The notes under the pieces are model-generated. The model was not told the DNA's origin, searched no databases, and worked only from the letters and a program-made list of their open reading frames with translations. A stretch of DNA of 63,148 nucleotides, filler included, from Collodictyon triciliatum (lineage: Eukaryota): NCBI GenBank assembly GCA_043381765.1. It is 5 parts of 4 records of this genome, joined end to end, with 100 filler letters (N's around TTAATTAATTAA, not from the genome) between each part and the next. Parts side by side here need not be neighbours in the genome. Positions count along the whole stretch, not along the records: positions 37,403 to 56,512 come from JBHJMP010001310.1; 4 more parts are not named here. One strand, written 5' to 3'. Shown one piece after another: positions 37,869 to 52,592 of this stretch (position 1 is its first letter; every line of letters starts with the position of its first letter). The translations under genes and the position numbers were made by a program.

Positions 37869-40800
37869 ATGTCAAACCTGTTTTCGCCTGCTGCTTACAC
37901 TCGCGTAAGTATCTTGAAATCGTGTCAGCTTGAAAGTTCATACTTCGATCCCAACATACAAATGTCTTTACGAAGGGCGCTTTTCTATGGCTGCGTTGTC
38001 CAAGGATCATTATTTGCTAAAGACTCAAAATATTGAAGCATTATTGATTTTCATGCCTATCTTTAGTCACTTCACTTCCTTTACTGCACATACAAAGAGA
38101 AATATGTGCGCTTCGTTGTTTTTCTTCTTCCCTTGTCAACTTATCTGAATGGTTGCTCTTTAGGGAACGCGTGTGTGGATTCCCGACGATTCCAAGGGTT
38201 GGGTTGCCTCTGAAATATTTTCTGTGGAATCGGATCACATTCAAGTCAAGGTCGACAGAGGCCCGTTGCTCACTATCAAGTAAGTTTTCTTTTCTTTTCT
38301 TTTCTTTTTCTTTTTCTTTTCTTTTTTCTGTCTCTTTTCTTTTTTCTGTCTCTTTTCTTTTTTCTTTCTCTTTTCTTTTTTCTTTCTCTTTTCTTTCTTT
38401 TTTCTTTCTTTTTTTCTTTCTCTTTCCTTTCTCTTTCCTTTCTCTTCTTTACTTTTCTCCTTTTTTCCCTGCAACAATTTTCTCAGTCATTCCGCTCCAA
38501 ACACCCTACCTTTTACATTATCGCATATATATGCAAACACTGTCTGTAAAACTTAACCAACTATAAGATAAGTAGTAATGAGAGTGCATTTATCTTAGAG
38601 ACCAATAATTCATCTAAATATCTCTTTGTACAGGCCAAACTCGATCCATGGCATAGTCATATCATCTGACGATGGAAAGGTGGGATACTTGATTGACACA
38701 TACGGCGCTGTTTATTTTCACAATGACGAGCTCCCTCTCTTTTGTCTCTCTCCCTCTCTCTCCCCCTCTCTCTCGCTCTCTCTCGTATCAATTAAATCGA
38801 TTAGTTTCGAACGTATACTGGTGAGTATTTGAGAAGACTTCAATCTATACGTTCGGTTTCACTAGCACATTTGAGAATGTTTTCCATCAATATTTTTTTT
38901 TTTTATAAAATAAATGAATTAAAAAATAGGTTTCCCTCAAAGTGAAAGTATTCGATCTTCCCAAGTGGTATGAATATAGCTGCTATTCCTGAAATAATGC
39001 TCACTAGTTAAATTTGATAATCTGATCTATTAATTTCATTTTTTTTGTTCCTTTCGTTTGTTCGTTCTCTTCTTTCTCCTAGATATTTCATATTTCATGG
39101 GCATAAATCATCCTTATATATTTGGTTAGGGTTGATGAGAAGCCAGAAAAGGTGGAAGATCTAACAAACCTTAATGAACTTCATGAGCCCTCTATTTTGG
39201 ATGCGCTGAACAGCCGTTTTCGTACAGACAACATTTATGTAACCAACCATTTGACAAATTGTTAGTAAAGATACGTGTTGTATCGTACTTGTTTATATTT
39301 ATCCTTCTATAGTTGGTTTTTGTGAATTTTTATTGGAATATTTACACACAAAATAATCAAACTATTTATGGTATTACATCATCTACTACACAATAGACTT
39401 TGACAGGAACGGTAATTATTCAACAATCATACACCACACATATAAATTTTAAGACTGTGTATTCTTTCTTTTTTAAAAAAAATACAAGCAAGCAACGAAA
39501 AAACTGCTCATATCCCCTTTTCTTTCTTCTTCTTTTGGGTCAAATATATTTAGATTTTGATTGCTGTAAATCCGTGGAAGTACATTCCTGCCCTATACAG
39601 TACCACGTATCGAGAAAGAATCAAAGTTGCTGAAACTCATAAGCTTCCTCCTCATTTATTTTCAATTGCTGAAGCTGCATATCGCAACATGAAAGCTGGT
39701 GAGAATTAATTACGATAATCCTTTAAACCCTCGTAATTTTACATACTTGATTGGGTGCAAACATGAAAAACTTTGAACCAAAGCTGGTCTCACTTTATTG
39801 TCTTCTAAAATTACACATATCAGAAAACAAAAGCCAAGCTATTCTGGTCAGGTTTGTAGCTTTAAATTTGTATATTCCAGCAGATTTCATTTCAGTTTTT
39901 TGATGCCTGTCGAACTAGGATATTCTGATGAAGCCTAAATCTAAAAGTTTATATGCGTCTCCCTTGTTACTTTTTCTGTTTATATTTCTGTAAAGTGGAG
40001 AGAGCGGTGCTGGTAAGACAGAGTCATGCAAGATTGTCATGAAATACATCAGCTCGGTTGCTGGGTTTGACAGGGTAAACAGTTTTCAGTACTTTCAGTT
40101 TCTTTAACTCTATGGTTAATTTTATTCTTTTCAATTTATAACAATCTTGGCGGATTTTCTACTTATGCTACTGGTGTAGTTAATAACAGGCTTACTGTCA
40201 TTATTATACTTCATACACTCAGGCGGGAGATATTTCAGATAAGATTGTTCAGTCTAATCCCATCTTGGAGGCTTTTGGGAATGCCAGAACAAGATTCAAT
40301 GATAATTCAAGTCGTTTTGGGAAGGTTGCAAACTAAATATTCCATTTCTTTTTAAAAGTAAATGTATGGAAACGAAAACGAGGATTCCAACTTAATTATA
40401 TTTACCTCATTCTCCCCTCATCAAATAGTTTACGCAAATAAAGTTTGATACAACATGGAAAGTGGCTGGGGCTTGTATCGAAACATGTTGTTTTTTACAT
40501 CAATTTTATTATTTTATTTAACTTTTTCACGGTGTTTCTCTCTCTTTTCCTCTTCTAATTTTATATGACCACCATTGAAATTTAAGGTTGATACCAGTAA
40601 CAACAAAATAAATGATCGCGTAAAAATCCTAGTCCTCACTTACTAATTCTTCTATTCGCTGTATATAGATCTGCTGGAGAAGGTTATTTACTGGCTAATT
40701 TCCGATCAGTTTCGGTTTTATATAGTCCAAATGATTATTTATGTAATTACCTAAATACTTTTTCTTTATTGTTATTATAAGTCGCGCGTTTGCCGACAAC

Positions 40801-43800
40801 TCCCAGAAGACCGCAATTTCCACATTTTTTACCAAGTAATCAAAGGACTAAACGCATCTATCAAAGGTTTGCCTTGTCCACATTATGTCTTCTCAAAAAT
40901 AAGATAACTATTAAATCGCAATCCTCTGGCTTAATAATAGTATATCACTATATTATAAAATGCCAAATGATTCATATTTGAATCTAAAATTTCATAGAGG
41001 AACTTCACATTGGGGACATTTCATCCTTCAATTACCTTAGCTCCTCTCAGGACTTTACCATAGCTGGTGTTGATGATGAGGCTGCATTCCGTGAAACAAA
41101 AGTAGATACTAACTTGTCCACTCACATTTTTCCTTTTTTTTTTTTTTATCATCCAGATATTTTGTTGTCATGCACAAATGTTGCTGCAGAAGTTTCATCA
41201 TAATCAAATACGAATAAGTTGATTAATTTATGAATGCTATTCACATATCATAGGAAGCCATGGATATGATTGGAATCACAACTGACCAGCAAAAATCAAT
41301 CTTCCGTATTTTGTCAGCCGTTTTGCATCTTGGAAACATCAATTTTGCGGAAGATAATGCTGGAAAGGCCATACTTGACCCTGATATCCGTAAAAGAATT
41401 CGTATTCAAAATTGACCAAAATTTCCCTTTGTGAACCATAAGTATGGAATTGTCTTACTCTAGCACTTATCTACATGTTCAACTATCCCAGATATTATTG
41501 GCCAACTGCACAGTCATATTGAGCTTGGGTAACTACATATATGCACATCAACATATCTTGAATAACGCTTTGTGCTTGGTGCTATTGTATTTTGAATGAG
41601 AAATTCGAATAGAATCAAGTCATACAATTTTTCCTATCTTTCAGCATTGTTTCGAGCCTTCTTCGTCTGGACTCTGCTTTGTTACAAAAGGCTGTAAGCA
41701 TGTTTTTTTCTCGTGTGTTTAATCAAATATCCGTCATAGTGGCCTAATATTATTATCAAACATTATAAACATGCGAGATGTTCAAAAAAAAGAAAAAAGA
41801 AAGAAAGAGTAAGACTTATCCAAACCAAAAATTTTAGTTAACTACGAGACAAATGCACACACACGAGGGTGTTATTGATGTTGCCTTCACAAAAACTCAG
41901 GTATATCACACAATATCGGCAGTAATTTTTCATATTCGCTGATGTATTTTTTGCTAGTTTTAAATATACGATATTTTTTTCTAAACTTCAAATCGTCTAA
42001 ACTAATTTTAATAGCACATATTTGAATTTTTTCAAAAGCACCATAAAATAACTACATAGGCCTCTGACACTCGAGATGCTTTGGCAAAGTTACTTTACCA
42101 GAAGCTTTTTGATTGGGTCGTGATGAAAATTAACTTTGGATTGAAGCCACAGACAATATCAGTCGACCCATTCATCGGACTGTAAGGCTTTTCGAAACTT
42201 ATTTTAATTTTCAATCTTACATACAAATACACAGAATGCAATGTAAGTATAATTTCCTTTATTTTAATATTTCAAATCATCAAATGCGTGCTTATTAAAC
42301 GTGTGAATGATATATTCATCAGGCTGGATATCTCCGGTTTCGAGTCATTCTCAGTTTGTCTTCTAAAATGGCATTGTTATTTTTTTTAAAAAAAAATAAA
42401 CAAAACACAACAGATACTCACTCAAATATATGATACATTTGCTCTCGTCCTATATATTTTAATACATTAATATAATTTAATGTATTTCTGAGCTTTTATG
42501 TATATTTGCGAAACAGGAAAATAGTCTTGAGCAATTATGCATCAATTATTCGAATGAAAAGCTGCAGCAAATATTCAACAATCATGTTTTCAAGAGCGAG
42601 CAGCAAGAATATGCGTCGGAGGGAATTGTTTGGGAGCAGGTCACCAATCATCCAAACTTTCGTTACCGAATCTAAGTCAAGATACATTCCTTTTTCTTTC
42701 AAGCACGTATTACGCTATATCATATAAATGGAGACTGAGTTGTGCGCATTTTAGGTGGAAGCAGTTGATAACGCCTCGGTTATTGATATAATCGAAAAGG
42801 TTTTGACCATACATACTTACCCCGTATTTGATTTCAATATCTTGCTATTAATTGATAATGAACTTCTAAATAGAAAGGAACGGGTTTAATCGCCTCCTTA
42901 GACGACCAAAGTGTGACGGGGCAAGGAACCGATGCAAAGTTTTTAAATCAGGTTCATCTCACTCCATTGTAATGTTAAAATGAACTATTACCTATATGAT
43001 ATTATTCATCAACTTTTGTTCGATATTCTCTCAAGGGAAACTTCGGAAACTATTGAAACATCTGTCAAAAAGTAATAAGTGATATTGTTTTCTCTAAAGT
43101 AAGGCTTAAATACATAGCTACTGTCACAAAATACTCAAGGTGAAGCCTCAGGAATCGTGTCAAAAGCTCGATTAAATCCCAACGGATTCGTTTTGAAGCA
43201 CTTTGCTGGAGATGTCTCTTTTTTTCTCTCTCTCTCTTAACAATAGCAATAAGAATAAGAAAAAAACATATTTTACATCTATCGTTTAAGGTTGGAATAC
43301 AATAGGATTTTTTTCAATTCATTTAACAAATTATTTAACAAATTACTTAACAATTAGGTAGAGTACGATGTTACGTCCTTCGTGGAAAAAAACAGAGATG
43401 CTATACATCCAGATTTAATTCCCTGTATTCAGGTAAAAATTTTATGCTATAATATAGCCTGCAAGAAGCCAAATTCAGAAAACGCCTCAAGGCCCGACTT
43501 TGTTCTTAATATATCATGTACCATTTTACAAATAGGGAAGTAGCGATCCTTTTCTTCGTGAAATTCTACCAAACAGGTTTTCATTTGCGCATAATGCAAA
43601 AAGAATAGACGAGTAACTCAAAATAAAAGCAAGATGCACTACCGTATATACTCATTCACTAAAATGACTCGTAACTGACAAATATATAATTACTCAACAG
43701 CGCCCTTCATCATATCCGAAAGCAAGCCAGTAATCATATGTCTATGATATTGTTTATGAATACACACAATCAGATAAACTGGTGCAAAATATCAGAATTG

Positions 43801-46800
43801 GGTATGTACTGTACTCTTCTATAATCTAACTCGCGTTTTTTATTTCTCAAGGCAACACGCGCCAGACTCCCTCTAAAGGAGCCAAATCTACAACCGCTAG
43901 AAGCATGTTTAATGATACAGTCACGACCGCTTTTCGCGTCCGTTTTTTTCATCTTTCTTATCTTTACAACCATTTAATTCAATCCCTTCATTCTCCCCCA
44001 TAAAAAAAAGTAGTAGACATGACAAAGACAATAGTTATAAATTCATATGTGCCGTCTAATTTCCATGCATATTCAGACTCAACTTGACGTTTTGTCAGTC
44101 ACTCTTGGCTCCTGTTCGCCATACTTTGTTAGATGCATCAAACCTAATTCTGACAAAAAACCCGGATGTAATACTTTGATATGAACCTATCGTTTGTAGG
44201 TCGAAAAAAAGTGCACTAAACAGATGTGTGGAAGAAAAAAAAAACAGCAAGTTCAAAAATATGCTGCTGTTATTTTTATTTTTATTTTTATTTTTCAAAA
44301 AAAATAATCATTCGATAACAATCAAAAAAAAAAATTACTCAAGATGTTTTGGGTTCGGAAATCATCCGCCAGCTTCGCTATGGAGGGGTCATTGATGCTG
44401 TGAGAATCATGCGCCAGATGTACCCATCTCGGAAAGAATTCTTGGACTTTGTGAACAGGTCATTAGCACTCACCCACTACCCATGCTAACTCTTAATCCC
44501 CATTCAAAAAAATATGCGTCATTCTTGAATTTAATCTGAACACATTCAATAGCATTGTCACTTCTCACGAATGGAGATGCTTCATTTCACGATTTAATGG
44601 CGGCCTTGCACTAAAGCAATTAAGGTCAGCATATTCACGTTTCCACAGTTTTCTTTTCTTTCCTTTTTGATAAGCTATGTGCGAATATTTTGGCCGTAAT
44701 CCTAAATGGTTCGATTTTGTTATGGGCTTGAAGTCTACAAGACCCTGTTGATATCCGCAAGGAAGTTTGCACGTATTTTTTATACCATTTCCAATAGAAT
44801 CAATATATTGCTTTGAATCCTCTCAAATATTAGTAAAGTACCTAACAGTTTAACACAAAAAAAAATAATTGATTCTTGTGTTATAGTCAGCTTAGTCCAG
44901 AATGGTAAAGCACCCTTAAATCATATTAGACAATTATGCAAGGCGTTAGGGTTAAAAGAAGTGAGCCAGTACCAGATTGGCAAGTTTAAAGTGTTCTTCC
45001 GCACTGGTGTGGTACGATCTTTATTATTTTTATCATTATATATTATATATTTCTTGATTTTTTTCCAAGTATGATATCCGTAACACAAGAATAATGCAGT
45101 CATTTGAGAGCTCCTATTAATATCTTCAAACTAGCTCTCTGGACTCTCCATCACCTTGAAGAAATATCTTGACAAATCCCAAGTGACTATAAGAAAGTAC
45201 TACCTTCGATGGAAAATGGCTCGGAGATACAGAACCATTAAAATAAGCACGATGTTGATTCAAAGATGTGACTATTTACTTCTATCAATAGTCATAGTCT
45301 CCTTCAGATAGGAAAGCTATATATCGACATTTTGATAAAGAAATGGACAGGACTTCGTAAACGCATATATCATATTCTAGATGTCAGACGATTTCTTGCT
45401 CAATTGGAAGCTAGAGAACGCCGCCGTAACAAAGCAGCCTCTATTATCCAGAGAAATTATCGTAAAATGAAGCTCTTAGGAGCATTTTGTTCTGTGATAT
45501 ATCAAGTGCACAAAAGGTTTTTCTCTCCATTATGAACCATGTAACCTTACTATTCATCTTTCTCATCAAAAGTTTGAAATTTCTTAAGTTTAATTTTACT
45601 CTTGTACTGATACATTAGAAATATGATTGCAAAGAGAGAAAAGCTTGAGCAAGAAAGAAGATTCAAAGCTGCACTCCGTATTCAGTCTTATGTGAGAATG
45701 TTTCTTGCTCTTCGAAAGTACCTGCGTTTCAGGAAAGCCTTAATAAAATTGCAAGCAGGTTTGCTTTTCGGCTACAAATTATATAAAAAACGATTAAAAA
45801 AGTACAAGATATTTATAAAAGTATTACTCTTATTATTATCCATCAAACTATGTGATGACTGCTTCATAATTTCGGAATCAATATCTTTCCTCACAGCCTT
45901 CCGAGGAAAAAGAGTTCGTGTCCGTATCCACATCAATCGCGGTGAAAAGTTGTATGAGGCAAAGGTAAGTATTCATATGTGCATATTCTACATCTTCAGA
46001 CTATGCAGTCTCGCAGTATTATAGTCAACACATACTCTGAATAAAGCGATGACGTTTTAGATTCGCCTGGCCAACGAGGTGGAATCTCTGAAAACAGCCA
46101 ACACCAAACTTGAGCACACGATTGCATCTCGAGACAATACCATCGAAGGTTCCTTTCTTTCAAATAATTTACGAGCTCTCTTCTCGGATTATGCATGTTT
46201 TGGATACGAACTATATCGCATCATTAACGATCAAAATATTTGTCTATCTTTTCAGATTAGCTTATTCGGTATTTTTTTCTATTCTTGCTTGACATATTCA
46301 CAGAGTTGAATTCAAAGCTCAAAAATATTTCCTCTCAATTGGCTTTGGAGACCCGCACCCGCGAAAAGCTTGAGGCTGAAGTGATAGAAAGGAAGGCAAA
46401 GCATGACCAAGACTTCAAAGAAAAGACAGCTCTGCAAGGAAGCAATGTAAGTTTGTCTCCTAAATACAAGAGCCTTACTAATTTTTCTACTGCCTCACGA
46501 TTTTCTGCTCTATTCTTTTCTCATTTTAGCTTCTTTTTTTTCCATTTGAAAGGAATGGATATATTCATTTAATAATCACCGACGACAACACGATGATAAG
46601 TTATTGATTTGCAGGCCCTTTTAGAGGATACTCTATCCTCAGTAAACCAAGAACTCACAAACACAAAGATGAGATACGAAGAGAAAATCAAAAGCTTAAC
46701 CAATCAGTTGAATGGCACGTGTCTCACTCTATCTATAGAATTCTTACCATTTCTTTTCCATGTGAATCCTTGTGGACAGTAAGGATTGTTATATCCTTTT

Positions 46801-49800
46801 CTGAAAAAAATAAAATAATTCATACTGCATCTCCAAACAGAAACACAAAGACATGGAAAAGAACTACTAGGAAAAGTAATATCGGAGCAAACTACTGGGT
46901 AAATACCATAACTCTATGCTTTATTGATGGGAGATAAATTTTAGTTATATTATTTGTACAAATATTCAAGAAGAAAGATGTATTTCCTTTACAATACTGA
47001 ATTTAACCTAAATAAGTGAGGTTCTTGCAAGAACTGCACTGGCCATCCGCTCAAACACGCTGTCAACAATAGGCTTTATACGGTTAGTTTATCTCATGAA
47101 CTCAGATAGTTTCTATGAATTCATTCTATTTGCCATCACTCACAAATCATGAAGTGACCGCAATCAGGATATCAAATACGAAACGGACTCTAAACTTGCC
47201 CAGATAAAATTAGAAATAAAAGTCCAGGTTCCCTTTCTTTACCATTCCCCTTTGAATATATTCATACTAGACAGTTTTCTCTTTTAACAAAATGATTATA
47301 TGTAATTGCCAGATCGATGTCATGAGACAAGCACTAGTGAATGCATGGGACCGCATCGAATCTCTCGAGCAAGATCTAGGTATATGGCTAAGAGTGGAGA
47401 TATCAAGAATGCCAAAAGTATTTTACATCTTCCTTGATTAAATATTAAGCACACATGAACTTAATTATTCAGAATCGTCAAGCACACAATACAGTGAACT
47501 GGAAGATAGCTACTCGAAGTCACTTCTTGACCTTGGTATCTTATTCTTAATAATTATTTGGGCAAGTTATATGATACTGTTTTGTTGGGGAAAAAATTGA
47601 ATGCGAGCCACTCAACTTTTTTTTTTTCTTAAAAAAAATTATGGTTTTGTAGAAAATACCGAAAACGAATTAAGTCAAACGAAACATGAGAGGACTGTTT
47701 TGCAAACAGAAATCAAGGTAATGAGACTTTTCAATCAACAACATTGCTTGACATGCTAATAATCAGCACTCGGATGAATTAAATTGAATGTGAGCGTCTT
47801 AGGGGCTCAAATCGACTGTGGATGAGTTGAACAGGACACTTGTCGACCGTGACCGACGAATTAAAGGTTTCATGAGTTGTCTGAGATATATTTCCATTAA
47901 AATTTTTGCTACCATAATATTGCCTATATATTATGAAAGTAGAAATGCCTCTCCATCTTTTCTGTTTTTCTGTTTTTCTGTTTTTCTGTTTTTCTGTTTT
48001 TCTGTTTTTCTGTTTTTCTGTTTTTCTGTTTTCTGTTTTCTGTTTTCTGTTTTCTATTTTTCTATTTTTCTATTTTTCTATTTTTCTATTTTTCTATTTT
48101 TCTATTTTTCTATTTTTCTCTTTTCTTTTTTCTATTTCCGAACGTGTATGTTTTAAGGACATGATTTTAGAGTTGAACTTGAGTATGGATGAGCTTCGTG
48201 CACAGATCGAATATCGCAACAAGAAGATTTCTTCCTTAAGACAAGAAATTCGAACGATGAGCACCCAGTAAGTGGATAGAATCACATATTTTTCAAAGCC
48301 TCTACTACGATTTTTCATTTACAAAAGTACGAGGTAAACCTCAAGTCGAAATCTTTTGTCTCTTTTTATTATATTATTATTATTTGTTTATTGATGGTTG
48401 TTTATTTGTCATCGCATTGTTGTTTTTCTTACTTTTTCTCTTAATTCGTAGATCATTTGAAAACGGCCGACCGTTTATCGGCTATCAAGGTTCTGTATCG
48501 GAGCAACTGTTACCATCACTAGAGAACAAAGAAAAAGCAGGCGCCTTCCGACCAAAATCTATCCAAATGTTACTTTATATATTTCACCCAAATGACAATT
48601 TAAATTAATATTTGCATGTCCCATTTATTTCTCTTCATCAAAGTGCTCGTCAGATGATTTTTCATGTATTTACGAGTATCTTTTTTGTCTATTGGTTTTG
48701 ATAATTATTCAGTAATCGCGGAATCGGAGACCGTGTACGCCAAACATCCATCAACCCGCGGCATCTAACAGAACAAATTCATGCCATAGCTCATAAGTAT
48801 ATATGTATTACATCAATAAAATAGACAAAAGTCTTGACTGTGCAATGGCCAGCAATTTTATTAAAAAAACAAACAAACAGAAGTTTGATGCAATATCCGT
48901 GTGCAATTCGCATGTTCAATAAATAATGATATACATGATTCTTTTACAAAGAGCTTCTACCTATACGTTTTATCCTATAAGTGCTTACTCTTTATTTTTC
49001 TTCCAATAAAATAGATCTGGTGTTCAGCGCACTGGTATTTTACTGAAAGAGCGCAGTGTCCGTTCGTGGGCAAAGCGATTCCTTGTCCTTGATGGCTCAC
49101 AAATCACTTACTATGGTTCACCCGAAGACAAAACACCAAAGTGAATTTCATTTCATTTTTTTTCTTGAAATTTGCCAAGTGCCTCTCTTATATGTTAAAT
49201 ATATAAATTTAAGTCAAATATATTCAATCATATCATTCACTCTCCTTATGTTTTCCTTGTGCCCTTCGTTCAGAGGTTTTATTCCGCTGGAAACATCGTT
49301 CATCTCGTTTGTGACCGAACGCGACCATTTCACTCTTCCAAAAGAGAACTACAACACAGAAGTAAGACACATAACGATATTCATTATTATATCTTGTTGG
49401 AAATTCTATATACTGGTTTCGTTAATTGTCTTCTTGTTGGCGATATATAGTGCATATTCAAGATTGCAAACACAGCAAATGATAGAAAATACTTCTTTGC
49501 TGCTGAAACACCTGACATTGCCCGTTCATGGGTCAAAGACATTCAGATTAACATTGCTTTGAATACGTATGTCAATATTTTACATTCTGTTCTACGAAAA
49601 GCTATTATTCCCGTTCTGTTCTGCCTACTCCTGTAAACATCATAAATGGAATCTGGTGCATATCACTCAGTCTCATTTGAATGACTAGTTACACCAGAAA
49701 GATGGTTTTGGTAGACTCAGAGCCTGGTAAAAAAAAAAATAATTTGGAATATAAATTAACTACTCAAGGAAAAAGCCTCATACAACAGTTTTATTTATTT

Positions 49801-51950
49801 ATTTATTTATGTGCTCAAGTCATAAAAATATGAAAGAAACCAACACCGTACCTGAATACCAAATCACACTTTTCAGACCCACGAGTCATTGCTGTGTTCG
49901 GCGATATGAATATTCTGCAATTGAGTCTGGATTCAAAGCCTCTCAGTTTGGACACGATTGTGGCTCTCACGCACCCGCTTGCGGTAAAGGAAGTCTCATA
50001 CAATGATATATGTCAACACCATGAAGCCAATCATCCTTTGTCATCATTGCATTTGCTTCGATTCTACATAGAAATCTTCATTTCCTTAAACCCGAATGAC
50101 TAATCCACCATGTTATTTGTGGTATTACATTCACAATCTGGAACCCCTCAGTACTGCAATCGCCTTGCCAGCTTATCTATTCGAAGTGCTGCCTTGGATA
50201 ACATAGGAATTCAGGTACGTACTTTTTGAATAAGAAACATGGCCTGAGCCACGCGTCATTTGAACCATTTCACCTTATTCTTCAAATCAAAATGATGGAA
50301 TTTCTCTGTTTTGTTTACATACTGCAGCATGAACTCTGCGTGAGTGTATGTGTGTTTTTTTTTTTTTAAAAAAAAAACTCGCTTTATGTTAAGGTTCTTG
50401 TTGACAACGCCCTCTCAAAGATTTCGAAGCTCTCTGAGCTATATCTTGGAAACAATAAAATAGGCATGGAAGGCCTCCAAAAATTAAGTGATGTACGACT
50501 TTTATTTTATCATTTTTTTTTAGAAAAAAATAATCACTAAGATGAAGTCTCGCATGAAATATTTAGCAAATGCCCACGTTTCTATTTTATCTGCAACTTC
50601 ATATATATGTGTGGAAAATCCTATCAAAGTGATTTAACTGCTCCTTCTATGAATAGGGAATCAAGCAGTTGAAGGAACTGAAGGTGCTTGACCTTTCAAG
50701 GAACAGTCTTGGTCCGAAATCTGCTGAGCTGTTGGTATGTGGTTGTTGAGTGTCTTTCACTATTATTATTGTCTCCAATACTACGGAGATATTGTTTATA
50801 TATATACTCCTGCAGGGCCGATTGCTAACACAACATCCGCTTTTATCGCGCATGGACTTTGGAGGGAATTATATTGGTGATGCTGGCGTTGAAGCAATTG
50901 CTACGGGTAATCTATCTTTTACTTTTCTATTTTCTGTACTTTTTATTATTATAATTATTTCTTACTTTTATCTTACCTTTAATGTCCAAATGGGTATGTA
51001 TAGTACTATCAGCCCGAGTAGATGGCCAGCCGCGTCACTTCCCGGAGCTTCTGCTTGGAGGAAATAACATTGGTATAAAGTCCACTTTTTCGTGGCTTTA
51101 CTCAACCAGTTGATTGCTGTGCTGAATTCTTTTGTTTCTTTCTCGCATTCTTTGCATAATAGGCAACGAAGGGGCCATCCATCTTGCTGATCTGATTAAG
51201 GCTAATCCAACCATCGAAAAATTAATTCTGCGAGAAAACTTTATCGGAGATGAAGGTTTCCAGTTTTTTTTTTTTTTTTTTCAATTTCATTAAATTTTAA
51301 TTTGTTTACTTGGTTAAATTTCACAGTTTCCCGGTTTGCTCGAATAATAATGATAAAAATAAAGTTAAACATCTTGATTTGTTGTATGAAAAAGAAAATG
51401 AAATCTAGAGGATATTTTCTTTTTTGACGTAAGTCCAGTCCAAATGAAAAAAGAAAAGAAAAAGATAAAGAAAGGAGCACTTATAATCCCCTAACCGGAT
51501 AAATCGACCCATCATTCGGCGTGCACTCGTTATCACAGGCTGCATCGCCATCTCGAAAGTCCTCCGTGAGAACGTCTCTGTCGTTTGCCTGAATATGGCA
51601 CAGAATAATCTCACTGACGCATCCGCATCCGCCCTTCTTGATGTCATCAAAGTAGCAAATGCACCCAGTTCATTTGTGATATTAGTATTTGGCACAATCA
51701 TCACAATCATCAATACTTAGGTGAACAAGAAGATTATGATTGTCGACATTGGCGGAATCAACATCGAAGGCAGAGTCCTCAGCACCATCACATCTGTAAT
51801 ATCCCTCCTTTCTATGCAGAGCGGAACATTGTAATACCCATGGAAAGAGAGTCACCACCCCATCACATCATCACACAGGAAACCGACTTTATCTTCCCAT
51901 CTCTCCGTCTGGAGCGTCGTTTGGTCGACCTCACCGAGCAGGAGGCTTAG
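37869..51950 (+). CDS. Myosin heavy chain: SH3-like N-terminus, motor, IQ motifs, coiled coil, PH domain, RI-like leucine-rich repeats (many small exons)
   Basis: [144 protein letters not shown]...[17 protein letters not shown], LRRs [42 protein letters not shown]; stop TAG 51948-51950. Confidence 0.95.
47957..48120. repeat. (TTTTTCTG)n/(TTTTTCTA)n intronic octamer repeat
   Basis: Directly visible. Confidence 0.9.
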
Positions 51951-52592
51951 TCCATCAGAAAAACGCGATTGCAACATCAGCGAGACGTTGGGCGTTGTGC
52001 TGCGTTCCAAGCGAATGGTATGTGTCATCCAAAGTCCAACTCTTCACTTTCATAATGAAACTGGGGCAATCACAAACAACATCAATCCTAGCAAAAGAAA
52101 ATGGAAATGGAAATGAAAAGAAAAAGAATACTTCATCTCATTTGCTTACTACCCACTCCTTTCTGTTCTCAGCCCGACTCACGTGATAACAGACGCTCTA
52201 TCCCTATTCGACAAGAGAACAAAAAAACCCCACCCACTTGTTTGGATTGCAGGCAATAAATAAAAATGGAGCGATGATATTCCCTATCAACTTATACATG
52301 TGTAGTACATGGCAAATTAATCGTGATGGCAACAGAGAAATTAAGAAATTAACATAATCGCGCTAGTAATAACAAAAGTAAATGCAAAAGAACAAGAGCA
52401 ATGATTGTTTGTCTCGTGCGTAACAGCTCATGGTTTATAAACACAGCCCACAAACAGGTTTAAACGCTGAGACGGGCAAACACGAGTGTGTAATCCGCAG
52501 GAAATAGACATACGTTAATACTTTTAAAAAAGAATTAAAAGAAAAGAAAAGGCATAGTTTCAGAAGGACTCGGTATGTGATTAACGAGTCTT

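Noticed and set aside
41838-42090. Myosin TEDS-site Gly (HEGVIDV...RDALAK)
   Set aside because: An acidic residue is adjacent and EG variants occur in other myosins; not distinctive
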